Below, piece after piece: positions 40,504 through 51,200 of a DNA stretch of 64,000 nt. Position 1 is the stretch's first letter. Each line of letters begins with the position of its first letter. Source of the stretch: a virus (taxonomy: Duplodnaviria; Caudoviricetes). The stretch lies in IMG/VR virus record IMGVR_UViG_3300033463_000051, positions 37,083-101,082 of that record; one strand, 5' to 3'. Both the position numbers and the translations under genes were made by a program. The notes under the pieces were generated by a model, which was not told where the DNA came from, did not search any database, and saw only the letters and a program-made list of their open reading frames with translations.

Positions 40504-41685
40504 TCATCCTTTTAATAACCTCACTCCTGCGGAAACTATATACGCAGCCTCCATTACCTCGTCGCTGGTATTAAATCGCGAAAACGAAATCCTTACAGAA
40601 CTACGAGCCTCCTCGGGTGATAAGCCCATAGCTAATAAAACGTGACTCGGATTTTGTTCAAGAGCCGTACATGCAGACCCACCAGATATGCAGACACCCT
40701 TAGAGTCCAGATAAAGGAGTAGTGTTTCTGCATCTACTCCATCAAATCTGATATTTAGTATCTTCCCAGGCCTGACGACCGGAGGCCCGTTAACATGCAT
40801 TATATCTTCCATGTTGCACTCTTTCAAACAATCCCTGAGCGTGTTATGGAACAATTGTTTCATCGATGAAGTGTGTATTACGGTATCATGAAGCTCCTTT
40901 TTCATTATGCTGCAAGCCTCTCCAAAGCCCACGATGCCGGATACATTTTCCGTACCGCCTCTCATCCCAAATTCCTGCACTTTACCTCCGAGGATAAGTC
41001 CACCTTGAACTAGTCTCGGATTTTTAATATAAACCGCGCCGACTCCCTTTGGCCCGTGGATTTTATGGGACGAAAGCGACATAAAATCGCATCCTATTTT
41101 TTTAACATCCAGTTCACTGCATCCTGCCGCTTGTACGCAATCTGTATGGAAAAATATATCACCATCGTCCTTGCAAATCTGATAGATTTCATCCAATGGG
41201 TTTACGGCTCCGGTCTCATTATTTGTATGCATAACAGAGATCATCCCGTTTGGGTATAACTCTTTCCAATACTGAAGTTCCTCTTGTATGTTTTTTGCAG
41301 AAATCGTACCGTCATGTTCTGCGGTAACGTACGATGTCAAAAATCCGGGCAGATCTCCGAGTCTACTTGCGGAACGAATAACAGATTCGTGCTCTATATA
41401 TGTTGTTATTACGTGAACATTCCCGCGCTTACCGAGAATCTCCTTCGCTATCTCAAAAACCGTATTGTTTGACTCCGTTCCTCCGGAAGTAAAGATAATC
41501 TGATATGGTTCGGCATTGATAAAATCCGCTACCTTCTCTCTAGCCTCATCTATGGCTGCTCGTGCTTTTCTGCCTACCGAATATATTGCACCGGGATTAC
41601 CATACGATTCCGTCATAAACGGCATCATAGCATCTAAAACCCGTCTGTCCATTTGTGTGGTGGCTGCATTATCAAGGTAAATCAT
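40504..41685 (-). CDS. Cysteine desulfurase (NifS/IscS family)
   Basis: YLDNAATT, FTSGGTESNN, SSHKIHGPKG (PLP Lys), GGSACT (catalytic Cys). Confidence 0.93.
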   Translation of the reverse strand: MIYLDNAATTQMDRRVLDAMMPFMTESYGNPGAIYSVGRKARAAIDEAREKVADFINAEPYQIIFTSGGTESNNTVFEIAKEILGKRGNVHVITTYIEHESVIRSASRLGDLPGFLTSYVTAEHDGTISAKNIQEELQYWKELYPNGMISVMHTNNETGAVNPLDEIYQICKDDGDIFFHTDCVQAAGCSELDVKKIGCDFMSLSSHKIHGPKGVGAVYIKNPRLVQGGLILGGKVQEFGMRGGTENVSGIVGFGEACSIMKKELHDTVIHTSSMKQLFHNTLRDCLKECNMEDIMHVNGPPVVRPGKILNIRFDGVDAETLLLYLDSKGVCISGGSACTALEQNPSHVLLAMGLSPEEARSSVRISFSRFNTSDEVMEAAYIVSAGVRLLKG

Positions 41686-41814
41686 TTCGTCCTCCTTCCT
41701 GTTAAACATGAGTATTTACTTATATGGTAGCATTTCAACTACATATACTAAACCCCAAACCCGTTGATGTTGTTAGGGTTTTTACGTTCGGCAAATTTCA
41801 ACATATTGAACCCG

Positions 41815-42630
41815 TTAGTTTCTGTAAAACGTATTATAGTCTCCGTTTCCGTAGAATGAATTATAATCGTACCACTCAACGTCTTCCCCGTCTTTCATTG
41901 CCGCCCAGTCTGAAAGGATCTCGTAAGCCACATTATATAGCTCATCACTGACTGGATTGGAAGATGAATATCCGCTATACTGATATGGCTGTGTAACGCA
42001 ATCCGATATCGAACTTGGGTACCGTGAGTCATCTGCTCTATTGCAAACCGTACGTACACAGTTTTCCATGTCGTCCACATCGCACCCGCGGGCCTCTCCC
42101 CAAAGCATTTTGGCGCAAGCAATCACATCTTCTTCTGTAAAATAAGTCTGCGTTGCCTCCTCCGGTTCTTTAATGTCTGCGTCGTCAGCCACAGTAATCT
42201 CTTCTTCCGGTATGATTTCTTCTTCCACAGACTCTGGCTCGGGTTCATTATACTCTTCAATAATAACGGGGTAGTACGGTTCGGGCGCTTTATATTGTAC
42301 CGGCTCCTCATAATAATACACAGTTACTTCCGGTTCCTCAAAAACCTCGGGCTCAGTTTCTGTTGTCTGAGTGTTTAGTCTTCCGTATTCCTTATCAATC
42401 GTTCTGGCAAGTTTTGCGTCAAATGATATTAATGGAGCCGTTTCCGGCTCCTCTTCATATGTCCCTTCGAGTGCTATATCAATTATCTCTTCAACAGACT
42501 CAAGTTCGGGCCCATCGCTCTCTTCATTCTCATAAGGGAGTCTTATTGAGAATAAAAAAACCAGCAGGGCTGAAAGTAGAAAAAGAATTATCACAGACCC
42601 CACAAACAGCCTTCGCTCATAGTCAATCAC
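41815..42630 (-). CDS. Membrane-anchored SleB-like cell wall hydrolase
   Basis: N-terminal TM helix, acidic linker, AKMLWGEARG...VCNR...YP...TQPYQYS. Confidence 0.7.
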   Translation of the reverse strand: MIDYERRLFVGSVIILFLLSALLVFLFSIRLPYENEESDGPELESVEEIIDIALEGTYEEEPETAPLISFDAKLARTIDKEYGRLNTQTTETEPEVFEEPEVTVYYYEEPVQYKAPEPYYPVIIEEYNEPEPESVEEEIIPEEEITVADDADIKEPEEATQTYFTEEDVIACAKMLWGEARGCDVDDMENCVRTVCNRADDSRYPSSISDCVTQPYQYSGYSSSNPVSDELYNVAYEILSDWAAMKDGEDVEWYDYNSFYGNGDYNTFYRN

Positions 42631-42652
42631 ACAATCACTCCTTATAAAAATA

Positions 42653-42688
42653 AATTACGGGGACGGCTAACAAGCCGTCCCCGTAATT
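42653..42688. terminator. 16-bp perfect hairpin
   Basis: aattacggggacggct-aaca-agccgtccccgtaatt. Confidence 0.75.
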
Positions 42689-42700
42689 AAACTTATGTAT

Positions 42701-43345
42701 TTACCAAAGCCTTCTTCCTATATTTGTTGTATACATTGTATTCTTTTTTAAGTCCCAATACAATTTACCACCGTATATTACATTTGGTTTATTGCTTCTT
42801 GCCGGATAAAAAACCAATTTTAGATTAACACCGTTTTGATTTAGTATTTTTTCAAGTTCTCTTGCACATTTTATATTAAACTCGATATTTGTTCTTCCTA
42901 TTTGATACCCACTGTTTGCTGAATACCAATTTACCTTTCCGTGACTCGCGAGAATCCAGTGATAGACCCAGTCCTCACTTTCATCCAACTGCGGAAGATT
43001 GTGCTGTTTAGTAATGTAATTCGGATATCCTCCACTTGGGAATCCTCCTAGGTGACCAGCAGCAAAAGCGTACGGATCTATATCTTCAGGGCATACTTCC
43101 TTAAATGAAGATTCGAACTTTTTATATACGTCATCAAGGTTTGATGGTCTTATATATCTCGCCCTGAAATCTTCATCCTCCTTCTTCGTTCTGATTGTAT
43201 ACTTTAAAGCAAACTCTTCCCACTCGTTCATGGCTACTTGCTTATTAAAACCTCTAAAAGAATCCTTGATGTTCTCAGTTAGAATTCTAGCAGCAAGGAA
43301 AATCCCACCAAATAATGCCAGCAAGATTTCAAACGCAATTAGCAA
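42701..43345 (-). CDS. Membrane-anchored hypothetical protein with its own promoter (moron-like)
   Basis: N-terminal TM helix; AT-rich; TTGATT-N17-TATAAT upstream; terminator downstream. Confidence 0.55.
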   Translation of the reverse strand: MLIAFEILLALFGGIFLAARILTENIKDSFRGFNKQVAMNEWEEFALKYTIRTKKEDEDFRARYIRPSNLDDVYKKFESSFKEVCPEDIDPYAFAAGHLGGFPSGGYPNYITKQHNLPQLDESEDWVYHWILASHGKVNWYSANSGYQIGRTNIEFNIKCARELEKILNQNGVNLKLVFYPARSNKPNVIYGGKLYWDLKKNTMYTTNIGRRLW

Positions 43346-43396
43346 CCGGCTCCACCTCCTTTTGTTAACTAATTATACTTCAAAATGTATAAACAA

Positions 43397-46009
43397 TCAA
43401 CAAGCCAAATTCCCGTCCACATAAACATACATGTCATTAACAAACTTATCTCCGTACATACTGTACGCCATTTCGTTTGCCTTTTCCAATGCTTCCTCTT
43501 CGTCCTCGGCCTCGACCGTCAGTGTCATCGTATATTCCACGTTAAATTCCATGTTATCTCTCCCACACATAATTCCCGTCCGAATCCTCAACAATCACTG
43601 TTTCGGCATCAATGCTTTCCAGTACCCCAAAATCCGCGTCGAAATAATTTACCTGTGCTTTTATTATCGCATCTTCTACGCTATCCGCCTCAACCTTGGT
43701 CAAATACCTTCCATCTACCGCTATTGTCACATAGTATTCCGTACGTCACACCTCTTCTCTTTTATTATCCTGCCGCATACCATTTCTGCAACAAATTCGA
43801 AACCGTCTCGTCTGAGACACCCAGCTCTGAGTAGTCGTAGTCAAACTCAACATCAACCTCGACCTTTGTCGGAGAGATCAATGCCCCGATATCTTCCATG
43901 CCATCGAATCCTTTCGGAAACTCAAGGCTGATAGTAGCGTAATCGGCGTCAGGATACATATCGTTAAGAACAGAACGTGGAGCATTGTAGTATAACACGA
44001 CCCACTGCTCTCCGTCGGTGTCACGAAAACCCGTTTCTTCTTCAAAAACCGTGTTTTCCAAATCTTCTTTCGTCAGATAAAACATTACTAGTCAACTCCT
44101 AAAATGTAGTGTTCGTATAGGTAATCTCCGTGTTCGTCATAATCGATGCACTGGTAGATCATCATTCCGTCGCACTTGGCCATAACCGAAAATCCCCACC
44201 CTTCATCGTGACGCATTATCAGAAATGGGCAACCATCCTTTGCTCCCCTAGCGTAAATGCCCTTTGGCTTTTTTAATATCTCTTCGGTGTTATACATCTT
44301 GCTCCCATCCTTCTGGGACTTCCGAATAAAAGAGGTCTGCATATATAACCCCATTAGTATGCCAGCGAATCTCGCCTCCGTTTTTAATATAATCTTCGGC
44401 TAATTTTCTCGCCGCTCTACGTTTCCTCAAATCTGTTGCACTAGGGTCAAGAATTACGCTGCCCTCCGGTACTTCAACACCCACCGACCCGTAGTCGGTT
44501 CTTGTTACCGATACGTTGATCACCACTGTTATTCCTCCTCCGGACACTCATCATCAGAAACCTGATGAATCTCGGCTTCACAATACTCACAGATCCAGTT
44601 GCCGTTCTCATCGACATCAAGATACCCGCAGTCGTTGCACCTCTGCATTGCCTTTGTTATCATTTTTCAAACCTCCCTTATAAATATTTAAAACCCTTCT
44701 CGGTTTTATTTACATCTCTACAGTTGCCCACGCTTCCGCGACGCACTCCTCCGGCAGAAAATTGTCCTTGCGATATTTTTCCCAGAGAGCAAGTAATTCA
44801 TCGCGCCAGTTAGGCTGAGTGCAATCTACATCAAATGACACCTCGGTTGGCTGGTAATAAATAATCTGACACGAAAATATGTTTCCCTTCATCCACTTAG
44901 TCGGATTACCCATCTGACTTATGGCGGCCTCGGCTGTTATCATTTTCATTACACACGCTCCTTATTGAGGGCACACAATATATCTTTCCCGTCAACTCTC
45001 GTAAGCACAGAAACCCAATCGCCCTCGAAAAAATCTCTGCACTCATCTCTTATCTTTACTGCCTTCTTATAATATTTATCTTCTGCCAAACCCTCAGGAT
45101 GGCTGTTGATAACTTTCCTCGCCGTCCGGTAATCACTTGCCGCCTGGATAATAATCGCGTTTGCCAGGGCTTCGTAACCGTCCATATAAACCTCCTCAAC
45201 TCAGACATGTGTATTCTGAAAAGAAAGAATCCCACTCCTTAGAGTCGGATTCTGTAAATTGTCTATATTGACTTAATAGTCTTACTAAAATCTTATTCCC
45301 GAATGCATTTACTACGTATAATTCCACTGGCTGTGTATTTGCATCAAAGAAATCATATTGCATAATAATTTTTGTAATGTGTTTTGCTTTTTTAAAACCG
45401 GATTTCCATGAATAGCACTCCCATTCCCAAACCTCTCCGGTGTTGGGATTTTCAAGATAAAAACTCAGCGGTTTTAACATTGTGCTGCCCCGCCTATTCA
45501 ATGATACTGATATCTTCGAGTTCTCCCTCATTGTCGAATGTCATTATGTATGTCGCAGTTGACAATTCCACAGGGTCGTTCGTTACCGTAACGCCAAAAA
45601 CCCCTTCCTCGTAATGGTACTCGCCATTCTTAAACCGATGTGCGTTGACCACCGAAGCCAGATCCATTATGTATTCACCGTCTTTTTCCAGCGACACGTA
45701 CACTTCGTACTGACCTCCGGCTTCCTCGTTTGCCATCTCAACAACAAGGGAATACCCTCCAGGGCAATCCATTTTCATTCTCCGTTCTTCCATCTACATC
45801 TCCTCCTCTTCTCCATATCCGTTCTTCATCAGGTTTTCCATGTAGAGTGATAGCATCAGCGACATCTTGTCGTCTTCCACATAAAACGGATCTCTGCCAT
45901 ACCAACTCAGAAAGTTTGAAATCAGTTGACCAAACCTCCAATCCGGCACCAATTTCCACAGATTTCTGAAGTCGTCCATTAACATATCGATTCTTCCCAC
46001 GTCTCTCAT
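43397..46009 (-). other. Cluster of small hypothetical genes
   Basis: Tightly packed short minus-strand ORFs with SD sites; no recognisable motifs. Confidence 0.55.
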
Positions 46010-46084
46010 TAAAACCCACCTCCTTCAAAATGTTTTATTATCTCCAGAAAGTTGCGTTATGCTGTACTTTATGGAGAAAATCTG

Positions 46085-46407
46085 TACTGTCATCTACATG
46101 TGTGCGAACCCGCGTGAAGACCTGCAGGCGCGTGCGGCGCAGCTCGTGCTGTACCGTTAAGTTTGGTGCGGGAGTGTGAGGAACCCTTTGTAACCTGTGT
46201 TTTTGGTTGGAAAACCGTGTGATTTGTTGCCCTTTTCCGAGGAAAAGTATGTGATTGGTTCTTGGTTTGGTTATCAGAGGCATGCGGGCGATCCTGGGGA
46301 TCCCGAACTTGCCGCCAGCGAGCTCTGCTGGCTGCCTCTTTCCTCTCCCGTCTTGTTACTTCCGCTAACAGCGAAAGCGCTGAAAATCCAGCAATAACAT
46401 GACAGTA
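46085..46407 (-). ncRNA. Retron-like msr-msd ncRNA, copy 3
   Basis: 9-bp terminal IR (46085-46093/46399-46407); G at 46398; two msr hairpins; conserved 41-nt block at 46338-46378. Confidence 0.8.
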
Positions 46408-46434
46408 TCTTTGGTTGGATAACTTACTGAATGC

Positions 46435-46733
46435 CACCCAATCTGCAACCGGTTGTGCCGGTGTGCTTTAAAGAGAAAGTTGGATTTCCGTTCCTTCGGG
46501 CCTCCGGGACTTTTTATGTCCCGGAGGTACCGGAGCTCCGGAAATTTAACTTTCTCGCCACTGTTCTTGCTAGACGATCACGCTCAAGTGTGAAATTACT
46601 TCACTTTGAAGCGGGAGCGGAATAAGTGAGTAATTTCCACCTGAGCGTTGATGGTCGTGCAAGAACACAGCTAAAAGTGCGTTTCCCTCGCTGACAGCGG
46701 GGGATGTACCTGAGTACAGATCTGCATTGGGTG
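46435..46733 (-). ncRNA. Retron-like msr-msd ncRNA, copy 4 (divergent)
   Basis: 8-bp terminal IR (46435-46442/46726-46733); G at 46725; hairpin with CGCU-GUC-AGCG apex; two long msd hairpins. Confidence 0.72.
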
Positions 46734-46741
46734 ATTTGGAT

Positions 46742-46854
46742 TTCCCTGTTCCTGTATATAATGAAAGGAGAAAAATTATAAATGAACAATGAAAACAGAC
46801 ATTTTGAAAGGAGAAAAGAAGTAATTATAATGAGGAGGGAACAGGAACAGGGAA
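46742..46854 (-). ncRNA. Candidate stem-loop RNA with anti-SD-rich loop
   Basis: Perfect 14-bp IR enclosing 85 nt that contain UUUUCUCCUUUCA twice on the minus strand. Confidence 0.5.
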
Positions 46855-46855
46855 C

Positions 46856-46901
46856 TGGTCGGAGTGGCGGGAGTTGCACCCGCTGTTAACTACTCACTCC
46901 G
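46856..46901 (-). ncRNA. Mini tRNA-like element (acceptor stem + T-arm + CCA)
   Basis: CGGAGUG-AGUAGUUAACA-GCGGG-UGCAACU-CCCGC-CACUCCG-A-CCA. Confidence 0.65.
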
Positions 46902-46913
46902 ATAATTCCTATA

Positions 46914-47258
46914 TCAAAGGAGGCTGTAAAAACCCCTTGAATATCTTGAGTTAAACCAGTTGTACACGTCGGCTGCCGTGATGGGCTTAACATCATCACC
47001 GTCGTTACCGATACCGTAAAACTGATTATCAAAAACACCGTTGTTTGGATCATAGAGTTCATCTTCGATCAATTTATACAATATCTTAAGTGCCATATCT
47101 CTATCGGCCAGCGTTTTATAATTCGCCTCAACCTCGTAAAAATCCTCATCGCACTCAAGACACTGATAAACGTATCTCGGATTCTGACTTGTGTATAAAA
47201 CCGCACCGCAGTGCGGACATTTTGCCGGCTGTACAGCCACAGGCCTGTCTATTATCAT
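46914..47258 (-). CDS. Zn-ribbon hypothetical protein
   Basis: CPHC...CLEC. Confidence 0.55.
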   Translation of the reverse strand: MIIDRPVAVQPAKCPHCGAVLYTSQNPRYVYQCLECDEDFYEVEANYKTLADRDMALKILYKLIEDELYDPNNGVFDNQFYGIGNDGDDVKPITAADVYNWFNSRYSRGFYSLL

Positions 47259-47452
47259 GATTCTTCCTCCACATTGTAGTAATCGAAATCTGTGAGAACA
47301 AAAAACAGATTCTCGGGAGTGTTGGGCAAATTGTACCCTGTTTTGCTATTTCCGAGGAACAGGTCGCCGTCATCATTGACGCCGCATTTAAGTCCCGTCT
47401 GCGTGTTTTCTCTGAAGATTATCATAAAAATCCCTCCTGCAGTTACTTTGGA

Positions 47453-47818
47453 TCAACTAAGTGACCGTAGTTCGTTTGGATCAAATTTGCCAAATACAAT
47501 TTCCGCATATTCCGTTTGAAATTTTCCTCCAGCATAATATGTAACCCAAAGATCACCCGACTCTTCGCCCTCTCCGGAAAGTGTGAACAAAAATTCGGGA
47601 AACTCAGATGATAATTGGCACATATCCTTGTCGTGGTCATACCATTTTGCGTCAACACTCCAGTTGTCCGTTATCTGACTGCTAGGGTTACTACACCGGC
47701 CCGTGTCAAAGATTTCCATTTCGTCTATCCTGTCTTTAAGTTCTTGCCAGCGTAGTGGCATCTGGGAGTTTTTGTCCGAACTCGTTACGGATAATTCATA
47801 GTATGTATAGTATCCCAT
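47453..47818 (-). CDS. Hypothetical phage protein
   Basis: MGYYT...KWYDH...LSGEGEE ORF with SD. Confidence 0.6.
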   Translation of the reverse strand: MGYYTYYELSVTSSDKNSQMPLRWQELKDRIDEMEIFDTGRCSNPSSQITDNWSVDAKWYDHDKDMCQLSSEFPEFLFTLSGEGEESGDLWVTYYAGGKFQTEYAEIVFGKFDPNELRSLS

Positions 47819-47837
47819 GTTTCATTTTCCTCTCTTC

Positions 47838-48122
47838 TTAAGCGTGTGATACCCTGTCGTTTAACTCCGCTCTCTTGCCGTCGTTAAATCGATTGGTATT
47901 GCCTACCAAATAACCCGTGATCCGGCGAAGCCGTTCAAATGGAAGTGGGGTGCATTTGTACGTAACATTAACGTATTCCCCGTCCACTTCAAAAATTATG
48001 CTTTCGATCTTTCTGTTGCGTCTTTTTTCAAGCCGCTCGATCATGTCTATGTATGCCTGGATTTCCTCGTCAGACAACGTTCCGTTTCTGACTTCTATCA
48101 GTGCGTTGCTTAAAACCATCAC
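47838..48122 (-). CDS. Stand-alone NrdD C-terminal glycyl-radical-domain protein
   Basis: FERLRRITGYLVG...RFNDGKRAELNDRVSH. Confidence 0.75.
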   Translation of the reverse strand: MMVLSNALIEVRNGTLSDEEIQAYIDMIERLEKRRNRKIESIIFEVDGEYVNVTYKCTPLPFERLRRITGYLVGNTNRFNDGKRAELNDRVSHA

Positions 48123-48272
48123 TCATCCTCCTCTAACATACAGAAATCCGGACGTTCTGAACGGATATCCTTTATCCACGTCGCACTCATTCTGCAATAA
48201 TGGGACAGGTCTGCGTACGTTGAATGAAACCTGCACTCACAGCACATGTGAGGCATGTGCATACCCTTAATC

Positions 48273-51200
48273 TTAACCGACATGTATAATCCTCCAATCA
48301 TAATCGTTTCCGTATAATCCGTTGTTGCAGTATCCACCGTCGACTCCGAAACCCACTCCACGTGCGGCGTCTTCGTAAACCATGCATCCTTCGACCTCTT
48401 CTTTCGGAATCTTGCCGGCCATGCAAATCTCGTTTATCATCTGGCTCCACGCTGCCGCTTCACTCCGGAATGTTTCGGTTAGGATATTCCTGTCTATTGT
48501 GGTAATTAAAACCCATAAGTCCATTAGAAAACCTCCTCCACATAGTCTATGGTTGCGTTCAAAAAACCGTTCTCATCGCAAAAATCGTAGAACAGTTGCA
48601 GTAATTCCATTGCCATAGTGCCGAACATCTTGTCTACTTCAATATCGAACTGGGTCTCATCGTATACGGGGTCTTCCGCCCCGCCGCCGTTGTTGTAATG
48701 AAAACCCACGTTTACGGTAACATACGACCTATCATCACCGGAATTGCCAAGCAGTTCGTCATATGATTTGTAATCGTAGTCGTCCATCCATCCGGTTTCG
48801 TTCCACGTCTTAACATTCTCAAAATTCCTCACGAGTTCCTGCATATCAAGGTCGACCGTGGGCTCGTCATCCGTAAGTTTGAAACCGCCATCGTACGTTC
48901 CGTCTTCATTTTCCCAGATTTCCATTTCAAACCAGCAGTGGTCATCGTCTGTTCTGTAAGGGGTGATCCTGTTTTCGGGAAGCCCTACATCACGAGGTAT
49001 GAAAAACTCGCCCTCGTCCAGACATCTGGATATCCGCTTAAGATCATTGCTTGTAAATTCCCCGCTCACAATAACTTCGTTATGTTCCTTGTAGTTGCTC
49101 GCGTCTCTGTAGAGATAACTAATCTTTGTGTTCATGTCACGCTCCTTTGAAATCCGCGAGGAAGAAATCCCAATCCTCGATGTCTGAATCATCAAAAGAA
49201 ATAGGAGCCGCACTTACAAGATCAAACATCTCATCGACCCAAAACCACTCTCCACCATCGAGGTCGATCCTGTACGCCGGATTGTTGCTGCCAAAAACCG
49301 TCAGCTCAACAATGGTTGCGGCATTTCCGGCAAGTTCTTTCATATTACTGTTTGCACAGCAATATCTCTCATCTTCTTCATCTGCGCCATAATCGCCATA
49401 TGCTTGACGATTCTGCAAATCGGCTCTGATATAAACTATATCGCCAACGTTGTAATACCATCCGCGTGCCATTTATCCCCCTCCTTTATTTACCGTAAAT
49501 ATACGTAGATATCACACAAACAACTAAGCATTTGTTCACCACATACCGGACACCGTTCAATATCGCAGTCGGGATGATGATAATGGCCGTATAAAGCCCC
49601 GCAATCTCCGCAGCGTTCACCGGCGGAATACCAACCCTCATCTCCGACCTTAAACCGTTTGTGACGTTTGCCATCTTTGGTACGTATATATTTAAAATCG
49701 CAGCCCGCAGCCTTATTCATTTCCTTTCCGCAAGCCTCACACTTAGCCATCGTAAAAACCCTCATCTCCACTCCATAGTTTGACCACGAACGAATGTGTG
49801 TAATCCTCTGTATCTCTATCTGTATAGGCGAGTAAATCAAATTCCTCGCTGTTCCATTTGATCTTCCCGCTTTCTTCATATGTATATCTTGGTCTTACGA
49901 CTGCAATATCTTGCCACCAGCCACCGCGATTGTCGTGGATGCCGATGTACATTTCATAACCAAACTCAGGATCTGCATTAGTCTCCGCTACGAGTTTAAA
50001 ACCGTTTGGAAGAGGTATCTCACACTTATTGTTCATGACTTTCTCCTTAGAAATGGTAATCAAGAACCGCGCCGATGTAATACGTTTTACCCTCGGGAAC
50101 CGTACGAACCCATTCATCAAGCGTTATCGGCCCACCGAAATCATCATTGTCCATATAAAACCCGAACTCATCATTAAGTATGTCGAAAACACTCCGTGCG
50201 TCCCACTGATATTTGGTCGTACAAAACTCACCCAGGGATACCTCCGTTATTTTCTGGAGTTTATCAACATATTCCTCGTACTGTTCTATAAAGTACTTGA
50301 ATTTATTTTCAACACGCACCGTTCTGTTGACGGGATCGGTTGTAATTCCCTCGCATTTACCAAGCCACTCGATATTTGAAACCTCATCTTTATCTGATAA
50401 GTCGGTCACATAGTCGGCTATCATTCCGACAAAATTCCCGCAGTATGAATCCGAACTGTAGTATCTATCGCTTCCGAAATAGTCGTCCTTGTCTACGGGA
50501 TTCTCAGAAAACTGAAAAATCTTACTGTGCATTAACTTCCCTCCTAAATCAAAATATACATTCCGTTCGGCGTATACATGCTCAACTTCAGTTCGTCAAG
50601 CAAAACCGGCTCATTTCCGTTATCATAGTGAAGATAGTTATTCAGGCATTTTTCCTCACTACAGTCTTCAACATACTGCTTGTATTGGTATCCAAAATCC
50701 TCTTCGTATAGGTAGGCTCCCTTGTCTAAAACCTCTCTTAGAGGTGCAATAAAGAACGTATACTCCACAAAACGGTAAGGGGTTTTCCCTCCGTCGCAGC
50801 AATCGTACCCGTAGGCGTAGTAGTGGATTTTCTTTTCTCCGCCATCGGTAAATATTTCAACGATTGTCCTCTCTAATACCTCGTCAAGGGTGAACATTCA
50901 TAAGCCTCCTTAATAAAATAGAGTTGCTTCATTTTGTACAAGCAACTCATTAAAACCCGTCCGACCGCAAGTCTGATATCGTCTTCGTTGTAATAACCTT
51001 CGTCTTCCCATGCGGACGTTGTTTCTACATCTTCTTTTATCAAGTCAAAAATCGTCAAACCGTCTTCTTCTGCCCTGAAATCGAGAATGTGTCCGACGTA
51101 ATCACTGGAAATCCCGTATCTCAAAAGCGTATCTACTTCTCTTCTAAACTGCTTTTCCGGCAAGTGAACCATGTCTATCGCACTCCATTCTGTTAATACC

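Noticed and set aside
40504-41685. DNA phosphorothioation (dndA) system
   Set aside because: No dndBCDE or ssp genes were recognised in the window.
46579-46605. CRP-like site (tgtga...tcac) in the copy 4 hairpin
   Set aside because: Half-site spacing is one base off the TGTGA-N6-TCACA consensus, so it is not supportable without a motif scan.
46038-46879. ORFs 46038-46283, 46090-46437, 46197-46397, 46431-46625, 46601-46879 and 51703-51900 as proteins
   Set aside because: They lack convincing SD sites, the conserved block is read in different frames in different copies, and RNA structure explains the conservation better.
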